Below, piece by piece: positions 9,152 to 18,540 of a DNA stretch of 60,779 nt (positions are counted from its first letter, which is position 1; the number at the start of each line of letters is the position of its first letter). The notes under the pieces are model-generated. The model had not been told where the DNA came from. It was given only the letters and a program-made list of their open reading frames with translations, and made no database searches. Source of the stretch: a virus; IMG/VR virus record IMGVR_UViG_3300045988_033451, one strand, 5' to 3'. Made by a program: the position numbers and the translations under genes.

Positions 9152-9540
9152 GCCATTCTTGTTGATGTGTATTGAATTTTTGTTGCATCCGCAAAGTACA
9201 TTGTCGGTTCAAAGTCAGCCATATACATATCGCTTGTCACATACTTATCCAATTCCGGCACATATACTTCAACGCTTGCCCTCTTCTCAACAGCGTTCTT
9301 GTAATTCGATTGAATATTTGCAAAAATGCTCGACATCTGTGTGTTATCAAGCATATTCCTCGTTTCAAATTCAACCTTGGGTGCCGTGTTGGATAATGCC
9401 GTTCGATGCAAGATTCCATCGACATCACGCGTTGAATCCAAATCTTGACCGTAGTTTGTTGCCTTGTAGCTCTCCGCCTTTATCATCGAAAGCGGAAATA
9501 TGTAATTGCCAATCTTAATTAAATAGCCTTTATATGCCAT
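9121..9540 (-). CDS. Distal tail protein-like
   Basis: Lies between the tape measure and Tal genes. GAGG RBS before MAYKGYLIKIGNY. Confidence 0.55.
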   Translation of the reverse strand: MAYKGYLIKIGNYIFPLSMIKAESYKATNYGQDLDSTRDVDGILHRTALSNTAPKVEFETRNMLDNTQMSSIFANIQSNYKNAVEKRASVEVYVPELDKYVTSDMYMADFEPTMYFADATKIQYTSTRMAWISYGVKTV

Positions 9541-9597
9541 ATAAAAACCTCGCATAAAAAGGGCAGACACGCTTATTTGCCTACCCTATAAAAATTC

Positions 9598-12500
9598 TTA
9601 ATATAACAATGGATTCGTACCTGTTCGGTTATACGCTTGCCGGTTCGACCGCTTTACGCTCTCAAAAATATCATTTGACGATATTCCTGTATCTTTCGCA
9701 AGCAACTGTCTAAGCAATTCGTTCTGTTCGCGCAATAGCCGGTTCTGATCTGCCTGTGACATCGACATTCCATCTACGATGCCACTTGCAATGTCTGTTG
9801 ACATCCGACCTGTGTCAATAACTGTCGATGTGCTTGTTGCCACATCTGTGTTGATTGATGATGCAATATACGCTGACATATCAGCTAAATCTTGCAATGG
9901 GTCTGTAAACTGCAAGGATGTGTTGAATGCAGATGTCAAATCTGTAGCCATTCCGCTTGCATCACTTAACAACTTAGGCATGGCACTTTCCATACCCAAA
10001 CCGATGCCGGGTGGCAAGAATTGACCGATTTCTTTATTCCATAATCGAGACGGAGAATGAATACCAAACGCACGTTTTAATGCGGATGTCAATCCTCTTG
10101 CAAGTGAAACTATGCCTCCAATAAGTCCATATTGTCCTCGACTATTCCACTTGTCAGACAATCCAATTCTAAGTCCATCTACAAGATTCGAGCCGGCTAC
10201 CCCCCAAGGACTTTTTTCATCTTCTACTTTTTTCTTTGCTTTCCATAAATTTGAACCGGTGTCAGATATAACTCCGCCCCATTGATTATTTGCTCCACCG
10301 CGAAGTCCGGCTAAAGCACCGACAAATGCGTTAGTCACGTTCTTACCGCCGCTTGATGAATCCGCTTTCATCTTGGCAAATTTCTGTGCCATATCGGATG
10401 CCATACCATTAAGAGTTGTGCCAGAACTGTTCTTCATTCCTGTTAAAGCATTAATCACAGACAACGACATACCATTAGCTGAGCTTGTAGCATTTTTAGT
10501 CATAACAGAAAAATTGTTTGTAGAATTTCCTGCCATTCCTTGAATACTTGTTACAACCGACCCAGCCATTCCTTGTACGCTTGATGTCGTATTCTGTGAC
10601 ATATTTTTGACACTGTTAGATGCGCTGTTGTTCATGTTATTGTAATCGGAAACTACACTATTTTTAGTCTGCTTAACAAGCGACGTTATTTGATTTTTCC
10701 CATTTGCAACAGAAGCTCCAACATTGGCTAATCCGTTTTTAGTCTTTCCATCGACATCTTTCCCCGTTTGTTCCACATATCCAGGAATCAATTTTAAAAA
10801 TCCGCTGAATTTTTCAGTCATTTTCCATGAAGCATTTTCGATTGCTTCACTAAGCACACCAAAAGAAGATCTTCCTGTTTTTCCTATGCTTTTTAATGGT
10901 TTTTCACCCATTGCAACGGATTTCCATACTTTTTGTACCTGCGGTGGCAGATCTGATATTTTTTGCTCCATAATTTTTATGTTGCTTATTTGTTCTGCTA
11001 CCTGTTCTCCTATGCTAGTATGTCCTTCTTTGATTGTTTCTACCAATCCTTTGATAGCTTTGAATGGCGTATCGTATTCTCTATAATACGATGCCAATTC
11101 GCTGTCTCCCTGTGATTCTGCAAGAGATGCAAGACCTGTATTTACTTGTTTTCCGATCAATTCTCCAAGTCCAAGACCTGCAGCAATGGCAATCCCTATT
11201 TGTCCCAAAGAAGCGGTTGCGGCGCTTGTCTTAAAGTAAGCCGCCATCCCACTAAGCAAACCTCCTCCTGCCGCATTTCCTACGGAAGAAGATGCAAAAT
11301 GAGTAACTATTGCATTTGTGATTGCGTTTTTTGCAGCCGATGTTAGTTGCACAGCCGTAATCACAACGCCAAGAGAAGCAATCGTAAGGCTAATAGCCTT
11401 TGCAATGTTTACATTCCCCTCTTTGTCTACAAGCCACTTTGCAACTACATCTGCAAACTTACTGAACGGTGTATTTTCGTACAGCCAATTTCCAACCTTA
11501 AATCCAATTACCGCTGTTGTAATTGAGATAGAAATTGCTTTGCTAAGAGGAATGGTTTTATCGCCAATTCCTGTTGATATTTCCTTTGCAAGCAAATTCT
11601 TTAACACGCCTGTGGCAATCTCTTTACCGCCATGCATCCATTTAAAAGCACCGATGGCAATTACAACCGTATCAAGGTCTAATTCGGTAAGGAAATCAAC
11701 ACCACCTTTTAATACATCCGACCATGATATATTTTTTAAGGCAGTAAATATTGTATCTTCGATTCCATCTACCCAACCATTGATAGCCTTTGCAAACTTC
11801 TTAAAATCAAAGTTTTGGAAAAATCCGTTTATTCCATACGCAATGGACAATCCAAGGTCGTCAAAATCAAAGTTATCTGTAAAACTAAGTGATGCAGTAA
11901 TTGCAGTGTTTAACGAATTTGCAATAGTTTTTCCTGTTGCGTAGAAAAGCTGTGGAGATATAAGACCTGTTAAAAAGTCTGCCAATCCTTTTCCGAAATT
12001 CTCCGCACCCTTGTAAGCACTATCCCAATCAATGCTTTCAAGTTCTTTTGTCAGATTTATTCCGATGTATTCTCCCAAACCTCTAAGGTTAGAAATGGCA
12101 CTCTTGTAAAGTCCGTCTGTCTCTGTGACATTAAACTTCATTCCACCGCTTGAACCACCGGAAGATGCACCGCCACCACCACCAGAGCCACCATTACCGC
12201 CGGAACTATCGTTAGGCGTATTCAACACATTCAGTTCATCAAAGCCTTGTAACTGTTGCTTTAACTTCTTAGCATTATCAGCCGCTTTGCCTGTTCCAGA
12301 CGCAAGATCGTCTGCGCCTGTTGCCGCATTCTCAAAATCATCCGCAAGTGCGCCACGCTGGATTTCTAATTTCCAACCGAATATAGCACCCAATGCGTTG
12401 ACAATGCTTTCCGAAAAATTGATAACTGCATCCAAGCCTTTGTTAAGTGCTTGAAGCAAAGGCTTTAACATGTTGATGCCAGCATTGCCCCATATGGCAC

Positions 12501-14076
12501 CAAGTCGCGTGAAATTCTCTCCAAGTAATCGCACTTGGTTGTTCCATGTATCAGCGGTTCTTGCAAAATCGCCTTGCGCCATGGTGGTTTGCGACATAAC
12601 GTACTGATAGCGAAGCATTGTCTTTTCAGCCTGTGACATGCTATCAATATTTGCATTTAAGCCGTTATTCATCGCCCATTGCTTCAACGTAGCCTGTGTA
12701 AGATCAAGTCCATATTTACGCAAAGGAACGACCATGCCGGTATATACCGCCTGTAAATCTTCCGCAACGTCGACTTGCGACTTATCATAGAACGATGCAA
12801 TATCTCCGGCTAACTTAGTCAGATTCAGAGACACATCCGCCATATCGTCAGATGCCTGTACATATCCATCTGTGGACTTTGCGAGGAAGTTGTTTGCATC
12901 GCCTACTTGCTTTGCTGTAATACCCATAGCAAGACCCATTGATTGATATGTTGATGCATATTGCTTGAACGACAATTCGGACATGCCGAGGGTATAAATC
13001 GCATTCTTAGCCTGCTCTTCGACCTTATCCATAGACGGTCCGAAACTGTGTGATACGACGTTCTGAACCTCTGTTAAAGCTCCACTTATATCTATTGCTT
13101 TACGGAATACTCCCAGCGCACGGAATAACATCCAATATGTCGCATACACTTTACCGATTGCAGATGCAAGGTTAAATGAGTGCTTTGATGCTTTCTTTGC
13201 AGAATTTCCCCAGCTATTAAGCGAAGATGTAAGTCCGCGTGTCACTCCACCGACGCGATTACCGTTCGATGCAAGTTGTCCGATTGCTTGCGTCATTTGG
13301 ATAATGTTTGCATTAACTGTCGGTGCGGTTGACATTGTTTGCATAAACCGCTTCAATGCTTCCGCAAGTGCATCAAGATTTGCGGCGGTCTGTGCGGTTC
13401 TGTTTCCGGCAGATGCAAGAAGTCCTAACGCCGATGCAAACTGTATTGTATTCTCTGATACAACTCCAGCCTTTGACAGCGAATTTATCAGACGTTTAAG
13501 GTTTGCTCCTAAGAGCGGTAATGCTGTGCTTGTTGCCTGTGCATTTGCTCCGGCACTTGCCAATCTCGACACCGCATTTACGACTTGAATAGTGTTGCTT
13601 GAAACAGTTTTTGAGCTGTTTAATGCCGATGTAAGTTGATTTATGTTTGCGCCTAACTGTGCGAAATTTACGGAGTTAAGACCGCTCACGTTTGAATTTG
13701 ATAATCTTGTAATCGAATTTATAAAATTCACAAGACCTTTGTTGTCAAAATTCAAACCGCTAAGCGTTGCAATTCCACTTGCAAGCGGTGTCAACGTGCT
13801 TGATAACTGCGATAGCTTTGTTCCATCCACCGCTTCAAATTTCTGTATACCCTTGGCAATTCGTGTAAAATCAGACAGTTTTACGCCCTGAAAACTCTGC
13901 ATTGCGCCACTAAGAATATTTACGCCACTAGCCAGCTTTTGCAGGCCTTTTGTGTCTACACTACCAAGAGATTTAGACAGAACACCCAATTTATTTATGA
14001 GTTTGTCGATTTCGTTATTCGCCTTTGGCGCTTCCGCCCCGATTTTAATTTGCAAGCTATCAATTTCCGTTGCCAC
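9598..14076 (-). CDS. Tail tape measure protein (1492 aa)
   Basis: Size, position, helical Ala/Gly/Ser-rich repeats and a GGGSGG tract. Confidence 0.9.
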   Translation of the reverse strand: MATEIDSLQIKIGAEAPKANNEIDKLINKLGVLSKSLGSVDTKGLQKLASGVNILSGAMQSFQGVKLSDFTRIAKGIQKFEAVDGTKLSQLSSTLTPLASGIATLSGLNFDNKGLVNFINSITRLSNSNVSGLNSVNFAQLGANINQLTSALNSSKTVSSNTIQVVNAVSRLASAGANAQATSTALPLLGANLKRLINSLSKAGVVSENTIQFASALGLLASAGNRTAQTAANLDALAEALKRFMQTMSTAPTVNANIIQMTQAIGQLASNGNRVGGVTRGLTSSLNSWGNSAKKASKHSFNLASAIGKVYATYWMLFRALGVFRKAIDISGALTEVQNVVSHSFGPSMDKVEEQAKNAIYTLGMSELSFKQYASTYQSMGLAMGITAKQVGDANNFLAKSTDGYVQASDDMADVSLNLTKLAGDIASFYDKSQVDVAEDLQAVYTGMVVPLRKYGLDLTQATLKQWAMNNGLNANIDSMSQAEKTMLRYQYVMSQTTMAQGDFARTADTWNNQVRLLGENFTRLGAIWGNAGINMLKPLLQALNKGLDAVINFSESIVNALGAIFGWKLEIQRGALADDFENAATGADDLASGTGKAADNAKKLKQQLQGFDELNVLNTPNDSSGGNGGSGGGGGASSGGSSGGMKFNVTETDGLYKSAISNLRGLGEYIGINLTKELESIDWDSAYKGAENFGKGLADFLTGLISPQLFYATGKTIANSLNTAITASLSFTDNFDFDDLGLSIAYGINGFFQNFDFKKFAKAINGWVDGIEDTIFTALKNISWSDVLKGGVDFLTELDLDTVVIAIGAFKWMHGGKEIATGVLKNLLAKEISTGIGDKTIPLSKAISISITTAVIGFKVGNWLYENTPFSKFADVVAKWLVDKEGNVNIAKAISLTIASLGVVITAVQLTSAAKNAITNAIVTHFASSSVGNAAGGGLLSGMAAYFKTSAATASLGQIGIAIAAGLGLGELIGKQVNTGLASLAESQGDSELASYYREYDTPFKAIKGLVETIKEGHTSIGEQVAEQISNIKIMEQKISDLPPQVQKVWKSVAMGEKPLKSIGKTGRSSFGVLSEAIENASWKMTEKFSGFLKLIPGYVEQTGKDVDGKTKNGLANVGASVANGKNQITSLVKQTKNSVVSDYNNMNNSASNSVKNMSQNTTSSVQGMAGSVVTSIQGMAGNSTNNFSVMTKNATSSANGMSLSVINALTGMKNSSGTTLNGMASDMAQKFAKMKADSSSGGKNVTNAFVGALAGLRGGANNQWGGVISDTGSNLWKAKKKVEDEKSPWGVAGSNLVDGLRIGLSDKWNSRGQYGLIGGIVSLARGLTSALKRAFGIHSPSRLWNKEIGQFLPPGIGLGMESAMPKLLSDASGMATDLTSAFNTSLQFTDPLQDLADMSAYIASSINTDVATSTSTVIDTGRMSTDIASGIVDGMSMSQADQNRLLREQNELLRQLLAKDTGISSNDIFESVKRSNRQAYNRTGTNPLLY

Positions 14077-14121
14077 GATTCCACCAACTTTCTGTCACAT
14101 AGTAAAAAAGACGGTACAAAC

Positions 14122-14454
14122 TTATGTTGTACCGTCTGTATTCTTCTCAACTTTTGGATGCTCTAATTCATAATTTGCCTGCATAGCAAGAAGTCCAGCC
14201 AAAAATGCTTCACGTTGCTTTTGCAAATCTTCTTCTCGCGTTTCCATAGCCAAGATAACAGGTTTTTTCATATACTTGCCTTTTGGGTTCTTTGCGAAGT
14301 TTGCTTCAATAGCAACCGCAACCGCAGACATAGTATACTGACCACTCATCCAATTTAGAGCATCTATCTGTTTGATTTTTTGCTTATATCCGTCTCTTAC
14401 ATATTCCAACTTACGCGGATTCATATGCTTAAATTCCTCATACGAAATTCCCAT
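14122..14454 (-). CDS. Tail assembly chaperone, T-like downstream frame
   Basis: Lies immediately upstream of the tape measure. It has no RBS. Its frame is -1 relative to 14487..14972 and stays open for more than 35 codons upstream of its ATG. Confidence 0.5.
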   Translation of the reverse strand: MGISYEEFKHMNPRKLEYVRDGYKQKIKQIDALNWMSGQYTMSAVAVAIEANFAKNPKGKYMKKPVILAMETREEDLQKQREAFLAGLLAMQANYELEHPKVEKNTDGTT

Positions 14455-14486
14455 AGAATATGCCGAAGGGAAGAAACCCTTCCATA

Positions 14487-14972
14487 TTACTTCGTGGACG
14501 CTTTGGAAGGCTTCTTGTGGTCTTGCGGAACTACCTTCGGTGCCTGTTCCGCATTCTCTTCTTGTTCCATTGCCTGATTCATGGTCTCGATCATCTTCTC
14601 GATTCCACTCATCACGAAAAAACCATCATCCTCCATGCATGGCATTAGCACTTCATTGTACACGTCCGTGCAAGACTTCTTTTCTTGTTTCATATATTTT
14701 TTCAACAGAGTTTTTGCTTCGTCCATAGAAACCGGGCTATGCTCTAAACATCCGGCATAAATGGCAAGCACGCAAATCTTAGGAATTGTAGCCAGCATCT
14801 CACTTGTTCCATCAAGCATTGCAACCGCAATATTGTTTCCCTCCTGTGCCGACCGCGCAATATAGATGCCTGATTTAACCTCAAACATTTTTTGCACAAG
14901 GTCTCCCACTTCTACTGCATCAAAACCAAACTCTAACTTATATTCTTTTCCATCAACTGTAATTGTTTTCAT
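14487..14972 (-). CDS. Tail assembly chaperone (G-like)
   Basis: MKTITVDGKEYKLEFGFDAVE... in the expected position between the major tail protein and the tape measure. Confidence 0.65.
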   Translation of the reverse strand: MKTITVDGKEYKLEFGFDAVEVGDLVQKMFEVKSGIYIARSAQEGNNIAVAMLDGTSEMLATIPKICVLAIYAGCLEHSPVSMDEAKTLLKKYMKQEKKSCTDVYNEVLMPCMEDDGFFVMSGIEKMIETMNQAMEQEENAEQAPKVVPQDHKKPSKASTK

Positions 14973-15144
14973 AATTAAATACCTTTTACCTTTCCTCCTA
15001 TGTCTTTCACATAGGAAAGGGGCAGACCGAAGTCCGCCCTTTCTGTGCAATGTCATTATTCATCATCATACGATGAATAGGTGTTTACCGCATTCGATTC
15101 TTCGTCACTCATCACTGCGGTATTAGAATTTAACGAGTGACTAA

Positions 15145-15621
15145 CTATTCCCCCGGTGTAAATGCCACGGATGTATCCATTCCCTTGTACTCTTCAATCG
15201 TAAGATTCATCTCGATTGTAAGCAGTTCGTTCTGTCCGATTTCCGGCTGTGGGATCTGCTCTGGTGGCTGTGCTACAACAAAGAACGACTTCTCGATTCC
15301 CGGAATAATTGTCTCAAACCACATTCTCTTTCCACCGGACAACGCCTTGTACTCTGTGATAAGAGCCTGCCACTCTTCGATTGTCTCTGCTGTAAAGTTT
15401 ACTGTTACAGGGAATGATCCGCCTGTGTCCGCACGCCCCTTTACGTATCTGGTTATGAAATCTTCCAAAGCAGATGCGTCAATCTGTTCCGGCTCAATGT
15501 TGATACCGGCTATTGCGTTGATACGTGTCAACTGCTTAAATGACGTTGGCTTTGTTCCAGCGGTTGCCTCTGAGCCATAGCCGAATGTAATTCCAAGTGT
15601 TGAAATACCTGCTGCTGCCAT
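15145..15621 (-). CDS. Major tail protein
   Basis: AAGGAGG RBS. Translation is MAAAGISTLGITFGYGSE...FKQLTRI... Size and position fit. Confidence 0.75.
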   Translation of the reverse strand: MAAAGISTLGITFGYGSEATAGTKPTSFKQLTRINAIAGINIEPEQIDASALEDFITRYVKGRADTGGSFPVTVNFTAETIEEWQALITEYKALSGGKRMWFETIIPGIEKSFFVVAQPPEQIPQPEIGQNELLTIEMNLTIEEYKGMDTSVAFTPGE

Positions 15622-15677
15622 CTTTTTTACCTCCTTAAAAATATGCATAAAAAAAGAACCCAAAACAGGTCCTTAAA

Positions 15678-16115
15678 TTATTTGTTCATCAATCTATCAT
15701 TTGCTCCGAGTATTCTTCTGAATCTCGCAACGCTTCTGTACACTGTTCCATCAGACTTAAATTCCGGCATTGGTGTTGCCTCGAATCTCATAGTCTTAAA
15801 TACGTCTGAAACTATTGCAAGCATAATCTTTGCATCATACTGTGATGTGTTCGTGAACGTCTGAACCTCAAACGTGGTTAAAACACCATTGATATTCTGA
15901 CCGTCTAATGTCCGTCCTTGCTCTGTTCCGGGCAATTCGTGAACGTAAATTGTCGGAAATGTTGGCTTTGATAATCTGATTTCAAGGTTTGTGATTGTAA
16001 CCCCTTGTTGCCATTTCATTTTTGGAAATTTCTTTCTTAACTTTGGGATGGCATATGAATTAAGAATACCCAAAACCTTTGTTTCATTTTCATACGCCCA
16101 TGTGTTATCAACCAT
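15678..16115 (-). CDS. Tail completion/terminator-like protein
   Basis: Position only. Confidence 0.45.
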   Translation of the reverse strand: MVDNTWAYENETKVLGILNSYAIPKLRKKFPKMKWQQGVTITNLEIRLSKPTFPTIYVHELPGTEQGRTLDGQNINGVLTTFEVQTFTNTSQYDAKIMLAIVSDVFKTMRFEATPMPEFKSDGTVYRSVARFRRILGANDRLMNK

Positions 16116-16683
16116 TCTTGAATACCTCTTTTACAGTTTTCTCAACCAATTTCATGAGTTGAAGAGATGTATAATACATAAAAGGTCTGCTTGGCATACC
16201 CTTTGTGATATGCAGTTTCCCATCATCTCCGATGTAAGTCCAATAATATTCGCCAGCCTTAACAAATGTATCTCCATTTATAGATATGTCTTGCATAGCC
16301 TGTCTAATTGTCTTACCACTCGCATAATCCCACGTTACTCCATCCGGCAATTTTCCCGGATAAGGATGCTCTTGACCTACAATTCCTGTTCCAAACTCAA
16401 CGAACATCGCATGATCTGTGCCAGCTACAACCGCCCATACACCTCCACCCTTGACACTTCCAGCATATTCAGAGTGAATGCTTTTTATCAAATCTTGATT
16501 AAATATCGCATCAAGGTCTGCAATCTGTACTCTCGCAATCTCTACGCCCTTTTCAGCCAACTTTTGAGCTACCATTTGACATTTGTATGTCAAACTATCT
16601 TGATACGCTCTAAGCTGTTTTATTGCGTTCTGAATGCTTGATTGAGACAGACAATTCATACTGATTGTCTTTTTACGTGCCAT
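16108..16683 (-). CDS. HK97 gp10-like neck/tail component
   Basis: HAMFVEFGTG motif, and position. Confidence 0.6.
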   Translation of the reverse strand: MARKKTISMNCLSQSSIQNAIKQLRAYQDSLTYKCQMVAQKLAEKGVEIARVQIADLDAIFNQDLIKSIHSEYAGSVKGGGVWAVVAGTDHAMFVEFGTGIVGQEHPYPGKLPDGVTWDYASGKTIRQAMQDISINGDTFVKAGEYYWTYIGDDGKLHITKGMPSRPFMYYTSLQLMKLVEKTVKEVFKNG

Positions 16684-16691
16684 GCCATCAC

Positions 16692-17174
16692 CTACTCTGC
16701 GTTCTTGACATTCTTACGGAGCAGATAAAGGTCAACTGTCAATCCTTCATCTGCTACGCCCTTGACGATGTAATCTGCCGACGTGGAATCAATAATTGTT
16801 TTTTCGTTGTCCTTATAGCCAACTTCCGACCGCTTCCATATCAATGCACCTTCCACAAGTGGAAATGCGTTTTTGTCTGTAACAAGTTGTGCATAGTTGG
16901 TTGAATCATCTATTCCAAACTCTTTCGCGGTTGCTTCGCTTAGCTTGTTGCTTATGGATGAATAAAAAATAACAGGCTCCGTATATGCTTCAATCGGTTC
17001 TCCTGTTACTTCTGGTATTTTATTGCCATCTTCATCCAAATATGGAATAAACGTGCCATCATCGTCTATATATCCGGTATATATGATATTCCCATCATCG
17101 TCACGTCTGTACTGCGGTTGCAATCCAAGGCTAAGTGAATACATCATCTTTTGCTTGTTGATTTCCAACGACAT
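16692..17174 (-). CDS. Head-tail adaptor-like protein
   Basis: Position only. Confidence 0.4.
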   Translation of the reverse strand: MSLEINKQKMMYSLSLGLQPQYRRDDDGNIIYTGYIDDDGTFIPYLDEDGNKIPEVTGEPIEAYTEPVIFYSSISNKLSEATAKEFGIDDSTNYAQLVTDKNAFPLVEGALIWKRSEVGYKDNEKTIIDSTSADYIVKGVADEGLTVDLYLLRKNVKNAE

Positions 17175-17486
17175 TTACTTCACATCCTTACCGAAACGCT
17201 TCCATAATTCAGATAGCTTTTCCCATCCGAACATGGCGACAAATGCAACAATAAATCCGGCAATAACGGATGCGAAAATCATATACCATAGCATTGCCGC
17301 GCCAATATACTGCATATATGCGACAAATGCTGTTACTGTAAGAGCAATCGACAAAACAAATACAACTAAGTCGGTCGGAATGTTTTTGAATATTCCCTTA
17401 ATCACCTGTGTAATTACAGACACAATAAATGCCAAGCCTCCAACCACCGCAAGTAATAATGTTGAGTTGCTTAATAATTCCTGCAT
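17175..17486 (-). CDS. Holin (three predicted TM segments)
   Basis: 103 aa with three hydrophobic helices and a charged C-terminus (WKRFGKDVK). Adjacent to the XhlA-like gene. Confidence 0.7.
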   Translation of the reverse strand: MQELLSNSTLLLAVVGGLAFIVSVITQVIKGIFKNIPTDLVVFVLSIALTVTAFVAYMQYIGAAMLWYMIFASVIAGFIVAFVAMFGWEKLSELWKRFGKDVK

Positions 17487-17487
17487 A

Positions 17488-17805
17488 TCAATTACTCCTT
17501 TCCATATTTAGTCGCTCTTCAATGCCATCTAAACGATGATGAAAAGATTTGACACTTTCTTCCACTTTAACAATACGGCTGTCGTGCGAATTGATTTCTT
17601 TTCGCATTTCGGACACTTCATTTTTTATGTCTGTTGTATTGTTAGAAATGGCATCTAACTTCATATTGATTCTCGTGTTTTCTTTCACACGTTCCTCAAT
17701 GTCTTTGGCATCTGTCCTTTTATTGCTTTTCAATCCCATAAAGACGGAAAAACCAAGTGATAACACGCTTATAATGATTGCTGTTGATACCTCAATAGTC
17801 ATCAA
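17488..17805 (-). CDS. XhlA-like membrane/coiled-coil lysis accessory protein
   Basis: N-terminal TM segment followed by a heptad-rich region. Paired with a holin, as in PBSX xhlA-xhlB. Confidence 0.55.
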   Translation of the reverse strand: MMTIEVSTAIIISVLSLGFSVFMGLKSNKRTDAKDIEERVKENTRINMKLDAISNNTTDIKNEVSEMRKEINSHDSRIVKVEESVKSFHHRLDGIEERLNMERSN

Positions 17806-17874
17806 TCATATACCGCCTTTCTATTTTAGTTGGTGTGCCGCCCACCACCCTTGATGCACACCGCCTGCTACCAA

Positions 17875-17889
17875 ATTTGCACCGCAAAT
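17875..17889. promoter_or_regulatory. ATTTGC-acc-GCAAAT inverted repeat upstream of the XhlA/holin pair
   Basis: Seen directly. It has the same TGCAAAT word as the 10-bp-phased boxes at 22463-22510. Confidence 0.35.
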
Positions 17890-17909
17890 CTGATAACGCA
17901 CAATCTTCT

Positions 17910-18266
17910 TTATAATGCCTTTACAAACGGATATACACCCACAAACAAGCTGTCTCTATCTCTCCAATGGCGCGATACTCCATTTTCAGAATAGCTAGTC
18001 ATGTAGTTCTCGCCAGCTTGTGAATAGTCGTACACAACAAGGTTTACTATGACACCCTCAAAAGAGTTCATATCTTCTTCAATCATTTCCTGTGTGTAAG
18101 AATCCGGGTAGCACCGTTTTGCAACAACATCTTTCTTTGCTTGCTCAATTAGTTGTTCAATAAGCGGATTGTTTTCGATTTCATCAAACAAAACAACATC
18201 TTTTCCGTCAGCCTTCTCCATATGAAATTGTTTCAATCGAATTTTGACTTGTTCTAATGTTGTCAT
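17910..18266 (-). CDS. gp6-like head-tail connector protein
   Basis: Size, position and acidic helical sequence. Confidence 0.55.
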   Translation of the reverse strand: MTTLEQVKIRLKQFHMEKADGKDVVLFDEIENNPLIEQLIEQAKKDVVAKRCYPDSYTQEMIEEDMNSFEGVIVNLVVYDYSQAGENYMTSYSENGVSRHWRDRDSLFVGVYPFVKAL

Positions 18267-18276
18267 ATTTATTCTC

Positions 18277-18537
18277 CTATAAGCCCAAAACGCTAATCAA
18301 ACAATCTTTCAGCTCTTCGCCTGTTTTTTCTTCTGCATCTTCAATTCCGTATTCAGAAGCAAGTTCTCTAAGATTTCCAACAGGCATACGCTTAATTTCT
18401 GTCTTTGTAAAATTTTTTGACGGTGGCGTCATAAAGTCAGAAGTATCAGAGGAAGTGTTTTTATCCACTTCCTCTTCAATCTCATCTCCAGCTTGATACC
18501 ACACGCCATTATATTTAATGCCGTATTCAGCGATCAT
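18277..18537 (-). CDS. Small protein with a Rho-N/SAP-like C-terminal motif
   Basis: ...MPVGNLRELASEYGIEDAEEKTGEELKDCLISVLGL. Confidence 0.4.
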   Translation of the reverse strand: MIAEYGIKYNGVWYQAGDEIEEEVDKNTSSDTSDFMTPPSKNFTKTEIKRMPVGNLRELASEYGIEDAEEKTGEELKDCLISVLGL

Positions 18538-18540
18538 AGG

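Noticed and set aside
9598-14076. Numerous plus-strand ORFs inside the tape measure gene (for example 11318..11944, 10724..11086, 12125..12454)
   Set aside because: They are antisense to a continuous 1492-aa ORF with a typical tape-measure composition. They have no RBSs.
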